Of a stretch of DNA of 61,736 nt, positions 43,945 through 51,631 are shown piece by piece. The translations under genes and the position numbers were made by a program. The number at the start of each line of letters is the position of its first letter. The stretch's first letter is position 1. Source of the stretch: a virus; IMG/VR virus record IMGVR_UViG_3300031454_000003, positions 1-61,736 of that record; one strand, 5' to 3'. The notes beneath the pieces are model-generated. The model searched no databases. It was not told where the DNA came from and saw nothing but the letters and a program-made list of their open reading frames with translations.

Positions 43945-44160
43945 CTATGAGTTTTTATCCCGATATTGAAACTTAGTAGCAAGTATCCGACAAGCAATCT
44001 CTCTGTTTTTTACGTTGCTCTTGGCACTACCTGACTCGCCGTAAAGCCCAGTAGGTATATGCGTCACTCTTATAACAGGCCACACCATACCCTCGTTAGA
44101 ATCTGCGAATGGCCTACCGCCGCCGATCATATCTACCCTGATGTTTTTGGGCTCAAACAT
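43945..44160 (-). CDS. release-factor GGQ-domain-like mini-protein with GGR in place of GGQ
   Basis: NIRVDMIGGGRPF...VIRVTHIPTGLYGESGSAKSNVKNREIACRIL lines up with class-I RF DIRID..SGAGGQHVN..VRITHIPTG..RSQHKNK. SD GAAGGGGA. Confidence 0.55.
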   Translation of the reverse strand: MFEPKNIRVDMIGGGRPFADSNEGMVWPVIRVTHIPTGLYGESGSAKSNVKNREIACRILATKFQYRDKNS

Positions 44161-44193
44161 TATTTCCCCTTCGGTGCGGTATCGCTTTGCCGT

Positions 44194-44397
44194 TTAATGC
44201 TTTCCAATCAGTCTGTAGATTGGGGCTAGGATTTTGCGAAGCCCATACCTAAGCTCAATCATCCGCCCGTATAGCGAATCTCTCAGGGTTCGCCGGTAAG
44301 CCTCGTCGTGCTCATCTTCGATCACTTCAACACCCGAGTAATGGTAGAGGGCGTTGTACTCCTCTTGTCGTGCCGTCTCGTACCACGGCTTAATCAT
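44194..44397 (-). CDS. hypothetical small protein
   Basis: 67-aa ORF with SD GGAGGGG. Confidence 0.5.
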   Translation of the reverse strand: MIKPWYETARQEEYNALYHYSGVEVIEDEHDEAYRRTLRDSLYGRMIELRYGLRKILAPIYRLIGKH

Positions 44398-44581
44398 TTC
44401 CCCTCCTCGCTTCCCGCCGCGACATTTGCGCCCGTATCAGCGCCAAAAGACGACGCGGACTAATCGCCGACACAGAGCTGTCTACAAAGGGCGTCCCTTC
44501 GGCTGAAAACTTGACCGGGGCTTTGTAGCTGTCAAGGATGTCGGCGTCTAGGCGTTTTATGGCCTCAACCTTGTGTTGCAT
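44390..44581 (-). CDS. hypothetical small protein
   Basis: MQHKVEAIKRLDADIL... Start is uncertain. Confidence 0.45.
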   Translation of the reverse strand: MQHKVEAIKRLDADILDSYKAPVKFSAEGTPFVDSSVSAISPRRLLALIRAQMSRREARRGND

Positions 44582-44792
44582 TGTTGCCTCTCGGTGTCGT
44601 CTCATAACGTCGATCTACTAGCTCGCTCAACTCGTTAAGCCATTCTTTTACTGACGGCTCATTTTTGTAATTGTACGGAAAATGCCCAGCATTAGCATAT
44701 CGGCTGATGGCGTCAGCGAGAGTGCACATTCTTAGCTCATCATGACGAAAGCGCGGCATAACACCGAAGGGCGGTTTTAGATCGTCGGTCAC
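44565..44792 (-). CDS. hypothetical small protein
   Basis: 75-aa ORF in the chain. Confidence 0.5.
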   Translation of the reverse strand: MTDDLKPPFGVMPRFRHDELRMCTLADAISRYANAGHFPYNYKNEPSVKEWLNELSELVDRRYETTPRGNNATQG

Positions 44793-45211
44793 TTGTTTAC
44801 CTCTGGCGATACAAACCCCTTCAAGCTAAACGCATCCGGCTCGAGGCATTGCTTCAGGCAGTCGAGTACCGCGTACTCGAATATCTCAGACTCGCCTATA
44901 CGACCGATCCCGAGCATTGAAGTGCTGACTCGGTAGATTTCCATCCCCTCGTCATCATCGGTATCTATTCGGATAGTCGCGTCGGTAATCTCCGAAAGTC
45001 CGGTGTGAAGGATTTGCAGCGCCCAGCCGGTCACGATAGCGAAGTCTGAATATCCTTCACCATCTTCTTTGTCGCCATCTATGCCGGTGTCGATCTGCAA
45101 CGGCTGCGACCCATCCGGAAAGCGCAGGGTAAAGTTTCGCCCGTCGTATTCGCACAAGTCAGGGCGCGTCTTGGCAATGGCCTCGAGGGTGTCGATGATT
45201 TCAATGTCCAT
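44789..45211 (-). CDS. hypothetical acidic protein
   Basis: 140-aa ORF in the chain. Confidence 0.55.
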   Translation of the reverse strand: MDIEIIDTLEAIAKTRPDLCEYDGRNFTLRFPDGSQPLQIDTGIDGDKEDGEGYSDFAIVTGWALQILHTGLSEITDATIRIDTDDDEGMEIYRVSTSMLGIGRIGESEIFEYAVLDCLKQCLEPDAFSLKGFVSPEVNK

Positions 45212-45441
45212 TATTTGTCTCCCTCCGGCGGCCCGTCGGTCTTCGGCTCTACGGTTAGCGTCAGCCCCAGCGCCTCGAGGATCGCCGTGGCAGCTTCAGC
45301 GGCTTTGTTCCTATCGCCGCTGAGAAAACGGGACACGGTGGCCTGCTTTACACCGGCCTCTTTTGCCAGTCGCTCTTGTGTCCAACCCTTATTGCCCAAG
45401 GCTTTTTGCGCCGCTTTTCTTATCTCATCATTCATTCTCAT
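45211..45441 (-). CDS. Cro/XRE-type HTH regulator, leaderless start
   Basis: GWTQERLAKEAGVKQATVSRFLSG. The -10 box TATGCT ends 6 nt before the ATG at 45441. Confidence 0.7.
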   Translation of the reverse strand: MRMNDEIRKAAQKALGNKGWTQERLAKEAGVKQATVSRFLSGDRNKAAEAATAILEALGLTLTVEPKTDGPPEGDK

Positions 45442-45447
45442 GACTAT

Positions 45448-45493
45448 AGCATACCACTTAGGTATTGACATGTCTATACCTATATGTCATAAT
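45448..45493. promoter_or_regulatory. divergent promoters with abutting -35 boxes inside a 24-bp near-palindrome (45459..45482)
   Basis: Plus strand: TTGACA(45465)-17-CATAAT. Minus strand: TAGACA(45476..45471)-17-TATGCT. Palindrome TAGGTATTGACATGTCTATACCTA is 22/24 symmetric. Confidence 0.6.
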
Positions 45494-45572
45494 GTAGACA
45501 AGTAAGCGACGCCTACCCCGTCAAGAGAAGCGCCGCTCACTAAATGACCGAGAACCCGAAAGGAACTCAGCA

Positions 45573-45869
45573 ATGATCAGCTTACCCGTATTTCATCCTA
45601 AGGCCGTTGTAAGTCGAACCCTTCAGCTTAAAGTAGCTCACGGCTTAGCCCACCAGCTTGGATACGTTACCCGCGTAGGCGACCCCCGGCGCGAGCGGTA
45701 CAGCGACAGACTCGAGCAGATCATAGGCAAACGGAGCTTAAAAGGTGCAACGAGAGCCGAACGCAACGCCGTGATTAGGGCACTCGAGGCAGAGCTTCAG
45801 ACACGCCGCGGATTAACCTCCGCGGCAGACGACTACAGCAACGAGAGCTGCCTCGAGGTCTTGGGATGA
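45573..45869 (+). CDS. hypothetical protein (weak GemA/DUF1018-like flavour)
   Basis: 98-aa ORF downstream of the plus-strand promoter. Confidence 0.5.
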   Translation: MISLPVFHPKAVVSRTLQLKVAHGLAHQLGYVTRVGDPRRERYSDRLEQIIGKRSLKGATRAERNAVIRALEAELQTRRGLTSAADDYSNESCLEVLG

Positions 45870-46117
45870 TCGGCGCTATCACAGCCCCCCTTATTATCCC
45901 GCCGTGTAACGAGTGCGCCGGACAGGGTTCATTCGTTACCTCAGATTGCACAGAGGTTCGGTGCGAGCCTTGTAGCGGCACGGGAGAAGGAATACCGATC
46001 TGCTCAGCCTGTAACGCCCCCCCTCAGCTTGTAAACGGGCTCGAGTCGTGTCAGTGCGACCCGAGCCAAGAGATAGAATGGGCTATGGAGTTTACGGACT
46101 GGCTGGCGGCAGCGTGA
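45866..46117 (+). CDS. small DnaJ-type zinc-finger (CxxCxGxG x2) protein
   Basis: CNECAGQG ... CEPCSGTG ... CSAC. Confidence 0.55.
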   Translation: MIGAITAPLIIPPCNECAGQGSFVTSDCTEVRCEPCSGTGEGIPICSACNAPPQLVNGLESCQCDPSQEIEWAMEFTDWLAAA

Positions 46118-46320
46118 CAGCCCTGGCAGCAACAATCGCCCGTGACCATCCCGACGTGCCCGAACACGTTGTGCAGGCCGTCGTAGAGGCGACGACAAAA
46201 GAGATATGGGCGCTTGCTGTTACCCGGTGTTTAGAGTTTCGAGACCAGGGCGATATTTTGAGGTGGGACTGTCTCAGAAGTTTCGCAAGTGAGTTTCACG
46301 GGGAGGGGGTTGCCGCTTGA
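46114..46320 (+). CDS. hypothetical protein
   Basis: GTGA overlap with the upstream stop. Confidence 0.45.
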   Translation: MTALAATIARDHPDVPEHVVQAVVEATTKEIWALAVTRCLEFRDQGDILRWDCLRSFASEFHGEGVAA

Positions 46321-46391
46321 TATATTTGCTTCGGGTTTTCTGTGCCAAGCCCGGTTCGGCGGGGCGATAGAATGTTCAGCAAGGAGAAGCG

Positions 46392-46562
46392 ATGATCGAG
46401 ATTCACGTAGAAGTCATACTCGATAACGGCAAAACCGAAGTGATTTCGGAATATTTAGAGTTGCCCCCAGGGGCCACGGTCGAACGCGTAGGATTTAGTG
46501 TCAAGCCGGGAGGCTGGAAGGGCGTAGTCTACCCCTCGGCCCGCGTGAAAGGTAGGCGTTAG
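46392..46562 (+). CDS. small ORF (56 aa), not on the track
   Basis: AAGGAG lies 5 nt before the ATG. Confidence 0.4.
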   Translation: MIEIHVEVILDNGKTEVISEYLELPPGATVERVGFSVKPGGWKGVVYPSARVKGRR

Positions 46563-46653
46563 AGGCGGGGCTGCTATACTAAGGCGTACTTGCACCCTCA
46601 ACCGCACACGACCTTCAGGGCGGAGGCAAAGCGGTTGGGGGACTTCTTTGTTG

Positions 46654-47250
46654 TTAGCGGCTTCTCGTAGGTAGCCGCCCGCACGCTACCCCATCGCCGT
46701 CCGCGTCAAGCCGGTGAACATCTCCCGGTCGCGCACCTCCGAAGAACGCTTGCGCCTCACCTTGCGTCTTAAACGAATTGCAGTTGCGGTCAACGAAACG
46801 CCCCGGCAGGTTATGCCACATCCCTTTTTTGACACTACGCGCGCCCGCCTCTGCTGCCTCGTAGAGCGCCCGGTAGCGCGCATCGTCTATAATCTGCACG
46901 CGCGCTAGCCCTGCTTGCAAGAGCTGTAGCCCCACGTCTCGCCCGTCTACAAATGCGTAAGCCAGGAGCCGCCCGAAGCGGTCACGCTCTACAAGTCCGG
47001 GCTCGAGCATGACCTGCTTGCCCGCCACGAGGCTCCGTACAAAGGCCGTCGCCTCGAGTCCGAACGGCTCAATACGTCGCCACGTCTCGGGCGAATCTAC
47101 GCCGATGAATCGCAGGTACTCAAGTTTGCCGTCTATCTCGAGTCTAAGTGTATCGCCATCTGTGACGCGGTAGATGTCAAAAGGCCCGCGCATCTGGGCG
47201 AGGGCAAACGTCAGCATGAGCGTGAGGGTAAGTGAGATAGTTTTAAGCAC
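46654..47250 (-). CDS. secreted staphylococcal-type thermonuclease with a C-terminal Excalibur domain
   Basis: Signal peptide LKTISLTLTLMLTFALA. SNase core VTDGDTLRLE..RFIGVDSPE..RDRFGRLLAYAF. Excalibur domain CNSFKTQGEAQAFF..HRLDADGDGVAC. Confidence 0.85.
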   Translation of the reverse strand: MLKTISLTLTLMLTFALAQMRGPFDIYRVTDGDTLRLEIDGKLEYLRFIGVDSPETWRRIEPFGLEATAFVRSLVAGKQVMLEPGLVERDRFGRLLAYAFVDGRDVGLQLLQAGLARVQIIDDARYRALYEAAEAGARSVKKGMWHNLPGRFVDRNCNSFKTQGEAQAFFGGARPGDVHRLDADGDGVACGRLPTRSR

Positions 47251-47251
47251 G

Positions 47252-47770
47252 TCAGTTTCCTTTCTGTTCTTTCGATACACAGGTCGTCGGGATTGTAAAC
47301 GGCAACGCCACGACAGCAGGCGAAGCACCCTCTGCGACAATGCCCATCCGAACCTCGTATCGCCCCGGAAGAATAGGGGCGCCAAACCTGTCTGTATGGG
47401 GAACGTAGAAACGACCAGGGTTGTGGATGGTCTCTCCGCTTAGGTAGATAGTATCCAGCTCCTGATCACGGCCCTGAGCAATGGCGGTCCGGCTGTGGTC
47501 ACGGTCCCAAAGTGTCGTGACGACATGCCCGACAAAAGGCAGGCGTAACGGGTCTATGGTCACGGCAAAATCAATCCACTCGCCAGGGCAATAAGGCAGG
47601 TCTTCAAGGTCCTGCGCTAACTCGATCGAAATAGCGGGCGTCGGCTCCGTGCGGATGATGGCTTTATGCAAAAAGCTCCAGGCCCCGCCCGCTATGATAA
47701 ATAGGCTGCCCACGCCGATAATAGCGAGGAGGAGTATAGCTAGCAGCATCCGCTCCAGTGAAAACTTCAT
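47252..47770 (-). CDS. N-terminally membrane-anchored protein
   Basis: TM segment MLLAILLLAIIGVGSLFIIAGGAW. ATGA-coupled. Confidence 0.55.
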   Translation of the reverse strand: MKFSLERMLLAILLLAIIGVGSLFIIAGGAWSFLHKAIIRTEPTPAISIELAQDLEDLPYCPGEWIDFAVTIDPLRLPFVGHVVTTLWDRDHSRTAIAQGRDQELDTIYLSGETIHNPGRFYVPHTDRFGAPILPGRYEVRMGIVAEGASPAVVALPFTIPTTCVSKEQKGN

Positions 47771-48135
47771 GGCCCACCTCCGACAATTTTCTCACCAAGT
47801 GCAGAAAGCTGGTTAGCGAAATACAGGAACGTGCCCAGCAACGTAACGATTGTCACCAAACCCGCGATAAGCGATTTACGGCCCACGCTAAAGCCCTTCT
47901 CGCTGGTACTTTCAGCTTCGAGAGCTTTAATCCGTTTTTCGTGGTCGCCATAGTCGCTCACTGTTCGTTTCAGCTCGCGCATCTCTGCGCGCAGCCCGAT
48001 GCTTTGGGCGTCGTCACCGTCAAGCAGGCGCAGCGCGCGGTCTAGCCTTCTCTGGTTATCCCCGCCTTGGCGCTGCAATTCGTCAACCGAGCGGTAGATT
48101 TTTGCTAGTAGTCCAGCCTCAATATTGTCGGACAT
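47767..48135 (-). CDS. coiled-coil protein with a C-terminal TM helix
   Basis: SLIAGLVTIVTLLGTFLYF. SD GAGGGGGG. Confidence 0.55.
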   Translation of the reverse strand: MSDNIEAGLLAKIYRSVDELQRQGGDNQRRLDRALRLLDGDDAQSIGLRAEMRELKRTVSDYGDHEKRIKALEAESTSEKGFSVGRKSLIAGLVTIVTLLGTFLYFANQLSALGEKIVGGGP

Positions 48136-48191
48136 GCTGCCCCCCTCGGGTCGGCGTCATTCGCGGTCTGGGGTTCGCTTGCGGTAGCGGC

Positions 48192-48586
48192 TCACGGCCT
48201 CAACTCGACACGGAAGGACTCATTTACATTTTCTAAATTGACATCCGCAAAACCCTCGAGCATCCCCGGAGGTTTGTCTATTCTTGCAACCACCACCCGA
48301 AGGCCATAATTCCCCGGAGGCAAGTCCAGAGCCCGCCAGTCACCTGCTACGGGCTTGCATGGGCGAGGCAGGACTGTTACAGCACCGGAGCAGTAGCGCG
48401 ATGTCACAGGTCCCTCGAGACTGACATAGGCTTCGGTCACGTTAGCGTCTGCCGTAATGACGCACTCGCCCTTGGCGCAGGTAAATCGCACGGGCGCGCC
48501 GGGGTCGGTTGGGTCTACGGTGGTTAAGGTTGGCACGCATGAGGTCAGGAGCAGCGCGAGTATCGCAGCGACGAGGTATTTAGACA
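48192..48586 (-). CDS. lipoprotein (short form)
   Basis: GTG start, sequence SKYLVAAILALLLTSC with a lipobox. Confidence 0.55.
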
Positions 48587-48599
48587 CAGATACTCCAAT

Positions 48600-48686
48600 C
48601 TTGAATAGGGTTGACAAGTAGGCTTGAATAGAGTACACTTAGTTATCAGAGAGAGGGGAGTAGAGACCCCAAAACAAACTCTCTGA
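48600..48686 (+). promoter_or_regulatory. promoter TTGACA-17-TACACT flanked by two CTTGAATAG direct repeats, followed by a nested leader hairpin
   Basis: CTTGAATAG at 48600 and 48623. Hairpin TCAGAGAG a GGGG agtagaga CCCC aaaacaaa CTCTCTGA. Confidence 0.5.
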
Positions 48687-48701
48687 CACGAGGAGAACGA
48701 A

Positions 48702-49133
48702 ATGACCTACCGAGTCGAATACAACACGGGCGGTACCACCCACACAGACGCAATCCGGGTTTCCGAAGGCTACAAATGGGCATTGTTTGACGGCGCACTC
48801 AACGCCGTACTGGTCGGCACCGGCATGTGTGAGCTGAGCGACCTAGACGCCGCCCGGACTGCCGCTGAAGCTTGGTTACAAAAGGGTGAGGCTAAAGTTG
48901 CAGCGGCAGCCACCGCAGAGGCTGGCAAAGTTGTCGTAACCGTTCGCAATACCGGCAAGGGCCGCGACTTCTACCGCGCGAACGACTACGCCAAGGCCAA
49001 CGAAGGTGATTTCGACCCCTCGAGCAAAACCTGGTCAATCCGCATCCCCCGTGAGGACGTAGCCTTTCTGTACATGCACACCCTCGAGGTCGTCAAGTCC
49101 TCCGATCTGACAAACTACGGCGACTGGCAGTGA
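48702..49133 (+). CDS. hypothetical protein
   Basis: 143-aa ORF with SD GAGGAG. Confidence 0.6.
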   Translation: MTYRVEYNTGGTTHTDAIRVSEGYKWALFDGALNAVLVGTGMCELSDLDAARTAAEAWLQKGEAKVAAAATAEAGKVVVTVRNTGKGRDFYRANDYAKANEGDFDPSSKTWSIRIPREDVAFLYMHTLEVVKSSDLTNYGDWQ

Positions 49134-49324
49134 CCCGCCAAATCGTGCAAGATCTAAAAAGCGGTGAAAAGTACGCGGTACGATTTGAGGGCAACGGCAC
49201 CGTTTACATGAGCGAGGCATTACGCCACACCGAGACCGAGTTAAATTTTGACGATTACGAATACGACAACGAAGAGACCGAGTGGTACAACGCGCAGGAG
49301 TGGCAGGTTATCCGCAATGCTTAA
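49130..49324 (+). CDS. hypothetical small protein
   Basis: 64-aa ORF with a 4-nt overlap. Confidence 0.5.
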   Translation: MTRQIVQDLKSGEKYAVRFEGNGTVYMSEALRHTETELNFDDYEYDNEETEWYNAQEWQVIRNA

Positions 49325-49382
49325 ACAACCCCGGCCCCGCAGTAGAGAGCGGGCCGGGGTATCTCGCGAGGAGGAGTTTAGT

Positions 49383-49577
49383 ATGTCACAAACCAGCAAA
49401 CACGGTGGCGCACGTCCTGGCACCGGCCCCAAGCCCAAGTTTCAGAACCGCGCGCGCGTCGTCGTAGATTTTGAGGCGACCGACCGTGACGCCATCGACG
49501 CATTGGCGAGGCGGGCGAAGTGTACCCGAACCGATGTTGTCAGGGCGGCGGTAAAGCAGTATCTCGAGCTTGGCTAG
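49383..49577 (+). CDS. ribbon-helix-helix (CopG-like) protein
   Basis: RARVVVDFEATDRDAIDALARRAKCTRTDVVRAAVKQYL. SD GAGGAGG. Confidence 0.55.
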   Translation: MSQTSKHGGARPGTGPKPKFQNRARVVVDFEATDRDAIDALARRAKCTRTDVVRAAVKQYLELG

Positions 49578-49680
49578 CCCTCACCGACCGTCACCCTTTA
49601 TCTCTACATCGAAGAGATGATAGCCTTCGGGTTTATGTAGCAGCGCCAGATCCGTCGCTGCCGAAACGTTGGGAGATACT

Positions 49681-50172
49681 TCACTGTCCGGCCCTGCGTT
49701 TCAGCTCCGCGTCTCTCGAGGCTTTGAGTTGTTCGCTCGTCAGGGCTTTTTTAGTAGCGTTACGCGACGCCTCGAGTGCGATCTTTGCCGCTTCCGGCCC
49801 GACCATTGCTGCAAAGTTAGCGGGAAAACCTGCCGCCACAAGCGCTGCTGTAAGTGCGGGCGGGATGATGGTATTGACCGCACCCTCAAGGACTTTTCGG
49901 GCTACTTTTGTCCCGGCGAAAGGAACGCTGCCGGTAGTGTCAGCGGCGCGAACGGCTTTAGCCAGCACCTCACGCTGCTCTTTAATTTGTTCGGCGGTAG
50001 CGGGGCTGTAGATTAGCCCCCGGAGTAGCAAGGTAAAGGCGCTCACCGCTGCGATAATCGCCGCCGCTTGCTCCGGCGAAATGAGATCGAAACCGAAGGC
50101 CGCCACGAGTGCTAAAAGACTCTGTACAGTCCCGACAATAATCGCCGGTTCTTGCTTGAGTAGATTTTTCAT
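49681..50172 (-). CDS. membrane protein, holin-like by position
   Basis: Hydrophobic segments IIVGTVQSLLALVAAFGF and AAIIAAVSAFTLLL. SD GGAGG. Confidence 0.4.
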   Translation of the reverse strand: MKNLLKQEPAIIVGTVQSLLALVAAFGFDLISPEQAAAIIAAVSAFTLLLRGLIYSPATAEQIKEQREVLAKAVRAADTTGSVPFAGTKVARKVLEGAVNTIIPPALTAALVAAGFPANFAAMVGPEAAKIALEASRNATKKALTSEQLKASRDAELKRRAGQ

Positions 50173-50189
50173 TGTGCCTCCAAAAAGAT

Positions 50190-50211
50190 ACTCGGGTATC
50201 ACTACCCGAGT
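50190..50211 (-). promoter_or_regulatory. leader hairpin ahead of the holin-like gene
   Basis: ACTCGGGTA gtga TACCCGAGT, perfect 9-bp stem. Confidence 0.45.
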
Positions 50212-50251
50212 CCTTGCGATACCAAAACAGTGCGGCGGTATCTTTACGCCG

Positions 50252-50278
50252 AAAAACGAGGCGGTACATGACCGCCTC
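50252..50278 (-). terminator. intrinsic terminator
   Basis: Sense strand reads GAGGCGGT catgt ACCGCCTC G TTTTT. Confidence 0.55.
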
Positions 50279-50542
50279 GAGAGTGTTTAGATCGACCTAG
50301 GCGCTAGGCATTGTGAGCGAAAACGCGGAAATGGTAAATTCCCCGTTCTAAAGAGATTTTCAGCTCAGCAAAGTTTCAGTTTCAGCCCGCGCCCTTATTT
50401 CGAGCATCTGCGCGGCCTTCAGCGTGCGAAAGCTCATGTGCGTGTCACGTTAAGGCCAGCCAAACATCTTCAGGGCTGCCTACAAGTGCCGGGTATTTCA
50501 CATCGACATCTAAAATTTCAAGGCATTTTCGTGTCCTAGACG

Positions 50543-50595
50543 TGTTATAATGGAAAAACCGACAGGTCATAGGGATGTCCGTCCCTCGCTGCCGG
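50543..50595 (+). promoter_or_regulatory. private HNH promoter (TGtTATAAT) plus nested leader hairpin
   Basis: CCGACAG g tcat AGGGA tgtccg TCCCT cg CTGCCGG, followed by GGAGGT and ATG. Confidence 0.5.
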
Positions 50596-50622
50596 TCACT
50601 AGGCACATCGGAGGTGCATAGC

Positions 50623-51216
50623 ATGACAATTTTACCCCTTTCTAAAACTTGCGTACATTGTGATAACGAGTTTCCGGCTACCGCTGAGTATTTTCACCGC
50701 GATAAAAAACGTGAGGGTGGACTTTATCCGCGTTGCAAAGTTTGTAAGTACATAGCGACGCGAAACCTAACAACCGCACAACGTTTTGGGCAATCCGTAA
50801 ATAAAACGTCAGATTGTTGGTTATGGACAGATCGGCTTAAAGACAACGGCTATGCAACATTTACATGGAAAGGCGTCGGGCATTATGTGCACCGTTATAG
50901 CTATGGACTACACTATGGAAAATTTGACACAACCTTACAGGTTTTACATACATGCGATGTCCGAAATTGCGTTAATCCTGAACATCTCTTCCTTGGCACA
51001 ATTGCGGACAATATGGCTGACAAAGTGGCTAAAGGTAGACAGCGGCGGGGTGTAGCACATCTAATGGCAAAGCTTACGGAAGAGGATGTAACGAAGATTC
51101 GGCATGCCTACGCCGAGAAACGTTACAGCCAGAGCCAACTAGGTAAGCAATTCGGTGTTACCCAAACTTGTATCGGGGCGATTGTGAGACGGAAAACTTG
51201 GTCTCATATTATGTGA
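50623..51216 (+). CDS. HNH endonuclease, family B
   Basis: CWLWTDRLKDNGYATF..HRYSYGLHYG..HTCDVRNCVNPEHLFLGTIADN and a C-terminal HTH. Confidence 0.8.
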   Translation: MTILPLSKTCVHCDNEFPATAEYFHRDKKREGGLYPRCKVCKYIATRNLTTAQRFGQSVNKTSDCWLWTDRLKDNGYATFTWKGVGHYVHRYSYGLHYGKFDTTLQVLHTCDVRNCVNPEHLFLGTIADNMADKVAKGRQRRGVAHLMAKLTEEDVTKIRHAYAEKRYSQSQLGKQFGVTQTCIGAIVRRKTWSHIM

Positions 51217-51631
51217 GCCAAATATCTTCGGCGGTTCCAATTAAAGCCGGATATTTTGCGTCAATATCCATCAGTTCCAAATGAGGCCAGTCCCAATCCC
51301 ACAGCTGCCCGCCGCTAACGAGTCCATAACGGCGCGGGTCGCACAGGGTGTAGGCTGCTTTGTAAGCAAGGTCTGACCAGTCAATTTGTCCAGTTACGGT
51401 ATTTAGTAGAGCTATATCTATAGCCCTGCCGAGTAAGTGGTTTGAGTGCATCGTTTTTGATGCGCCTTTAGCTTTTAGAAACTCTTGGCGTTCTTTACTG
51501 CGCCGCGTCTCGGTAACGATAATTTTGTAGTTTGGTAGGCGCTTTTGCAACGCTGCCAGATAGACGGTGAAAAGCCCCAGATAATCAGCGTCCAGGGCTT
51601 CCAGATCTCTATTCTGTTCAGGTTCTATCAT
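51209..51631 (-). CDS. M15-family (VanY / L-Ala-D-Glu peptidase-like) endolysin
   Basis: ETRRSKERQEFL..SNHLLGRAIDIAL. ATGA-coupled. Confidence 0.75.
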   Translation of the reverse strand: MIEPEQNRDLEALDADYLGLFTVYLAALQKRLPNYKIIVTETRRSKERQEFLKAKGASKTMHSNHLLGRAIDIALLNTVTGQIDWSDLAYKAAYTLCDPRRYGLVSGGQLWDWDWPHLELMDIDAKYPALIGTAEDIWLT

